Shown piece by piece: positions 62,356-64,000 of a stretch of DNA of 64,000 bases. This DNA comes from Calcarisporiella thermophila CBS 279.70 (lineage: Eukaryota > Fungi > Calcarisporiellomycota). The position numbers and the translations under genes are program-made. The DNA is taken from positions 158,461 to 222,460 of the forward strand of contig NW_027192211.1 in assembly GCF_041956535.1 (NCBI RefSeq). Reading direction: 5' to 3'. Position 1 is the first letter of the stretch; each line of letters starts with the position of its first letter. The notes beneath the pieces are model-generated. The model made no database searches. It was not told the DNA's origin and worked only from the letters and a program-made list of their open reading frames with translations.

Positions 62356-64000
62356 ATGCTTCGGCCACGCGGAGTGGTTTCAAGACTCCTTATCACACAG
62401 AACACGGCCCTACAATTTCGCTCAAGATACCCCCATAGATTAATTGTCCATTGCCAGCATCGGTTATCCCACACCCCTTCATCCACTCCACCGCAGGAGA
62501 CAGAGGGTAAATCTGCTGATCCGGCCCCGCATCAACAGTTAGAGCAGAAGCCGCCGCAGCAGGAGGAGGAGGATACAAAGCCACCCCCTAAAAAACGTGC
62601 CTCCTCGCCCGCGGCAACCACCAAACCAAGCGATGCCAAATCAGCCGCCCCTTCTTCCGCCGATGCGCCAAGTAAATCCAATGGCCGAAGACGGAGTGTA
62701 CCACTCAGTGTTCCACGGCGCCACGTGCAGCTCCGAGAACTCATAGATCCCATGCCCCCCATTCTTGCGCGCTCCAACCTGGAGGCTCGCATTATGCGCC
62801 GAGAAAGCAATAGAAGCCACTTTGAAGAAGTTCCTGTCCATACTGCTACCAAGAAAGAGCTGGTTGAAACGCTTCGAGTTTTGTTGGACGCGCGCGCAAA
62901 GGCGCTTGCTGAGCGTTTGCCAAGTGTTGCGGCAACGAAAATTTTGGCCATGGTATCTCCCTTCAAGAATTCGGATATCTATGTTGAGCATCTCTGCCGT
63001 GCGGCGAGCGCTGAACTAGACGCCGACTTCGTGGTGCTTCAAACCCGGGATCTCTTCGAGCGGGTGCCATCTATAACCGCTTTAAATGCACGAGTGGTGG
63101 GGACGGGTGGAGGACAGCAGGTGATGTTAATGGGAGGAGGGCACAGGCGACGTGGTGATATGGATTTTATGATGCGGCTGGGTGGAAACATGGCAGCTTT
63201 CGTGTCGCCTTCGGTTGCCCGGGTGGGAGGCGGCGCGGGAGAGGGAAAAAGAACGGGAAACGATGAGATGATCAGTAGTGTTCCATTCCCATGGAATCGG
63301 CCGTATCGAGCTTCAGGCGGGAGCGACCTATTCAGATTCATTGCTTCGGAAACCTCTGCCTCGGGTGGTGCCACGGCGTCTGCTGCAGAGAAGAAGCCCG
63401 AGGCTGTCCTTTTAATTGAGGAGACCCTTAAGGATGTAGTGGGCGCAATAATGGAGCTGAAAAAGAAGAAGCGGAATATAGTGGTGTACTATAGGGACTG
63501 GATGGAGCTCTTAGCCATGAGTGGGCGCTACGCAGACGATATTCTCAAGAGCATCACGGGACTCTTGCGAAAAGAATCAGGCGTGGTGTTCGTGACCCCT
63601 GCGACGCCGACACTAGGGAAATGGACGGGCATTCCGGGCGCAGGTCGACAGTCCAGGGGGTTTCCATCGGTGCTCCTGATGCGTGCAGACAACGAGGAGG
63701 ACGAGGACGAGGAGGAAGATGAGGCCGAGGAATACAACGACCTCGAGCTTGATGATGATAAACTGATGGACAAGGTCATAGAGGGGCGACTGGACTATTC
63801 AAGCCTGCTCAGCCATTACCTTGGTGCCGCTACAGTCCCTATTCTACCTCCCCCTCGGCAGGATCTGCCCTCTTTTGAAGCCAGGTTACAGCTGGACGGC
63901 CGCCGATGGTTCAAATGGATCAATGTTCAGGAGATGTTGGCCATTGCTTCTGCCAACGGAATCACCATCGAGCTTCCGACCCTGGAAGGCCAGGATGTGG
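62356..64000 (+). CDS. Probable mitochondrially targeted AAA-family protein (N-terminal degenerate AAA region); truncated by the window end
   Basis: Open frame from ATG 62356 to the window end, absent from the ORF track because it has no stop. Arg-rich presequence-like MLRPRGVVSRLL..; ILAMVSP..YVEHLCRAASAELDADFVVL and IVVYYRDW resemble the degenerate first AAA module of long Msp1/ATAD1-like proteins. Walker motifs not seen. Confidence 0.55.
   Translation, partial: MLRPRGVVSRLLITQNTALQFRSRYPHRLIVHCQHRLSHTPSSTPPQETEGKSADPAPHQQLEQKPPQQEEEDTKPPPKKRASSPAATTKPSDAKSAAPSSADAPSKSNGRRRSVPLSVPRRHVQLRELIDPMPPILARSNLEARIMRRESNRSHFEEVPVHTATKKELVETLRVLLDARAKALAERLPSVAATKILAMVSPFKNSDIYVEHLCRAASAELDADFVVLQTRDLFERVPSITALNARVVGTGGGQQVMLMGGGHRRRGDMDFMMRLGGNMAAFVSPSVARVGGGAGEGKRTGNDEMISSVPFPWNRPYRASGGSDLFRFIASETSASGGATASAAEKKPEAVLLIEETLKDVVGAIMELKKKKRNIVVYYRDWMELLAMSGRYADDILKSITGLLRKESGVVFVTPATPTLGKWTGIPGAGRQSRGFPSVLLMRADNEEDEDEEEDEAEEYNDLELDDDKLMDKVIEGRLDYSSLLSHYLGAATVPILPPPRQDLPSFEARLQLDGRRWFKWINVQEMLAIASANGITIELPTLEGQDV

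Noticed and set aside
1-64000. Biosynthetic gene cluster, transposon, CRISPR, rRNA or tRNA
   Set aside because: No NRPS, PKS, terpene or RiPP maturase core, no transposase or RT motifs, no spaced direct-repeat array and no recognisable structural RNA. FMO, GNAT and oxoprolinase are scattered among housekeeping genes.

Overview
Eukaryotic, intron-rich fungal genomic DNA. The gene content (3R-MYB, PHD-bearing TAF3, MED27, FAAP100-like, animal-type FMO) and dense GT-AG introns suggest an early-diverging lineage such as Mucoromycota or Zoopagomycota; this is an inference and the species was not identified. About 29 spliced protein-coding genes can be reconstructed by hand: FAH-family hydrolase, PHO85, GPI cupredoxin, LisH/CTLH-WD40, 5-oxoprolinase, SPX-RING E3, MED27, HELLS/DDM1-type SNF2, bZIP-DUF3425, G-alpha-i, NCS6, FMO, TAF3, PRI1, a FAAP100-like protein, a secreted acidic prepro-protein, NAC-beta, GNAT, 3R-MYB, ValRS, an HSF-type factor, a bacterial-type MscS, several single-pass membrane proteins, and a 3'-truncated probable AAA protein. 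No rRNA, tRNA, CRISPR array or intact transposon was recognised. The most notable observations are a Fanconi-core FAAP100 homologue fragmented in the ORF track, an intron-containing bacterial-type MscS channel (HGT candidate), a possible Kex2-processed peptide precursor with a frameshifted natural-looking C-terminus, a ValRS lacking the C-terminal coiled coil, a perfect 21-bp inverted repeat, and a strong AT-to-GC compositional shift along the window. Exon boundaries were placed by eye and homologies are recognised from memory; no searches were run.
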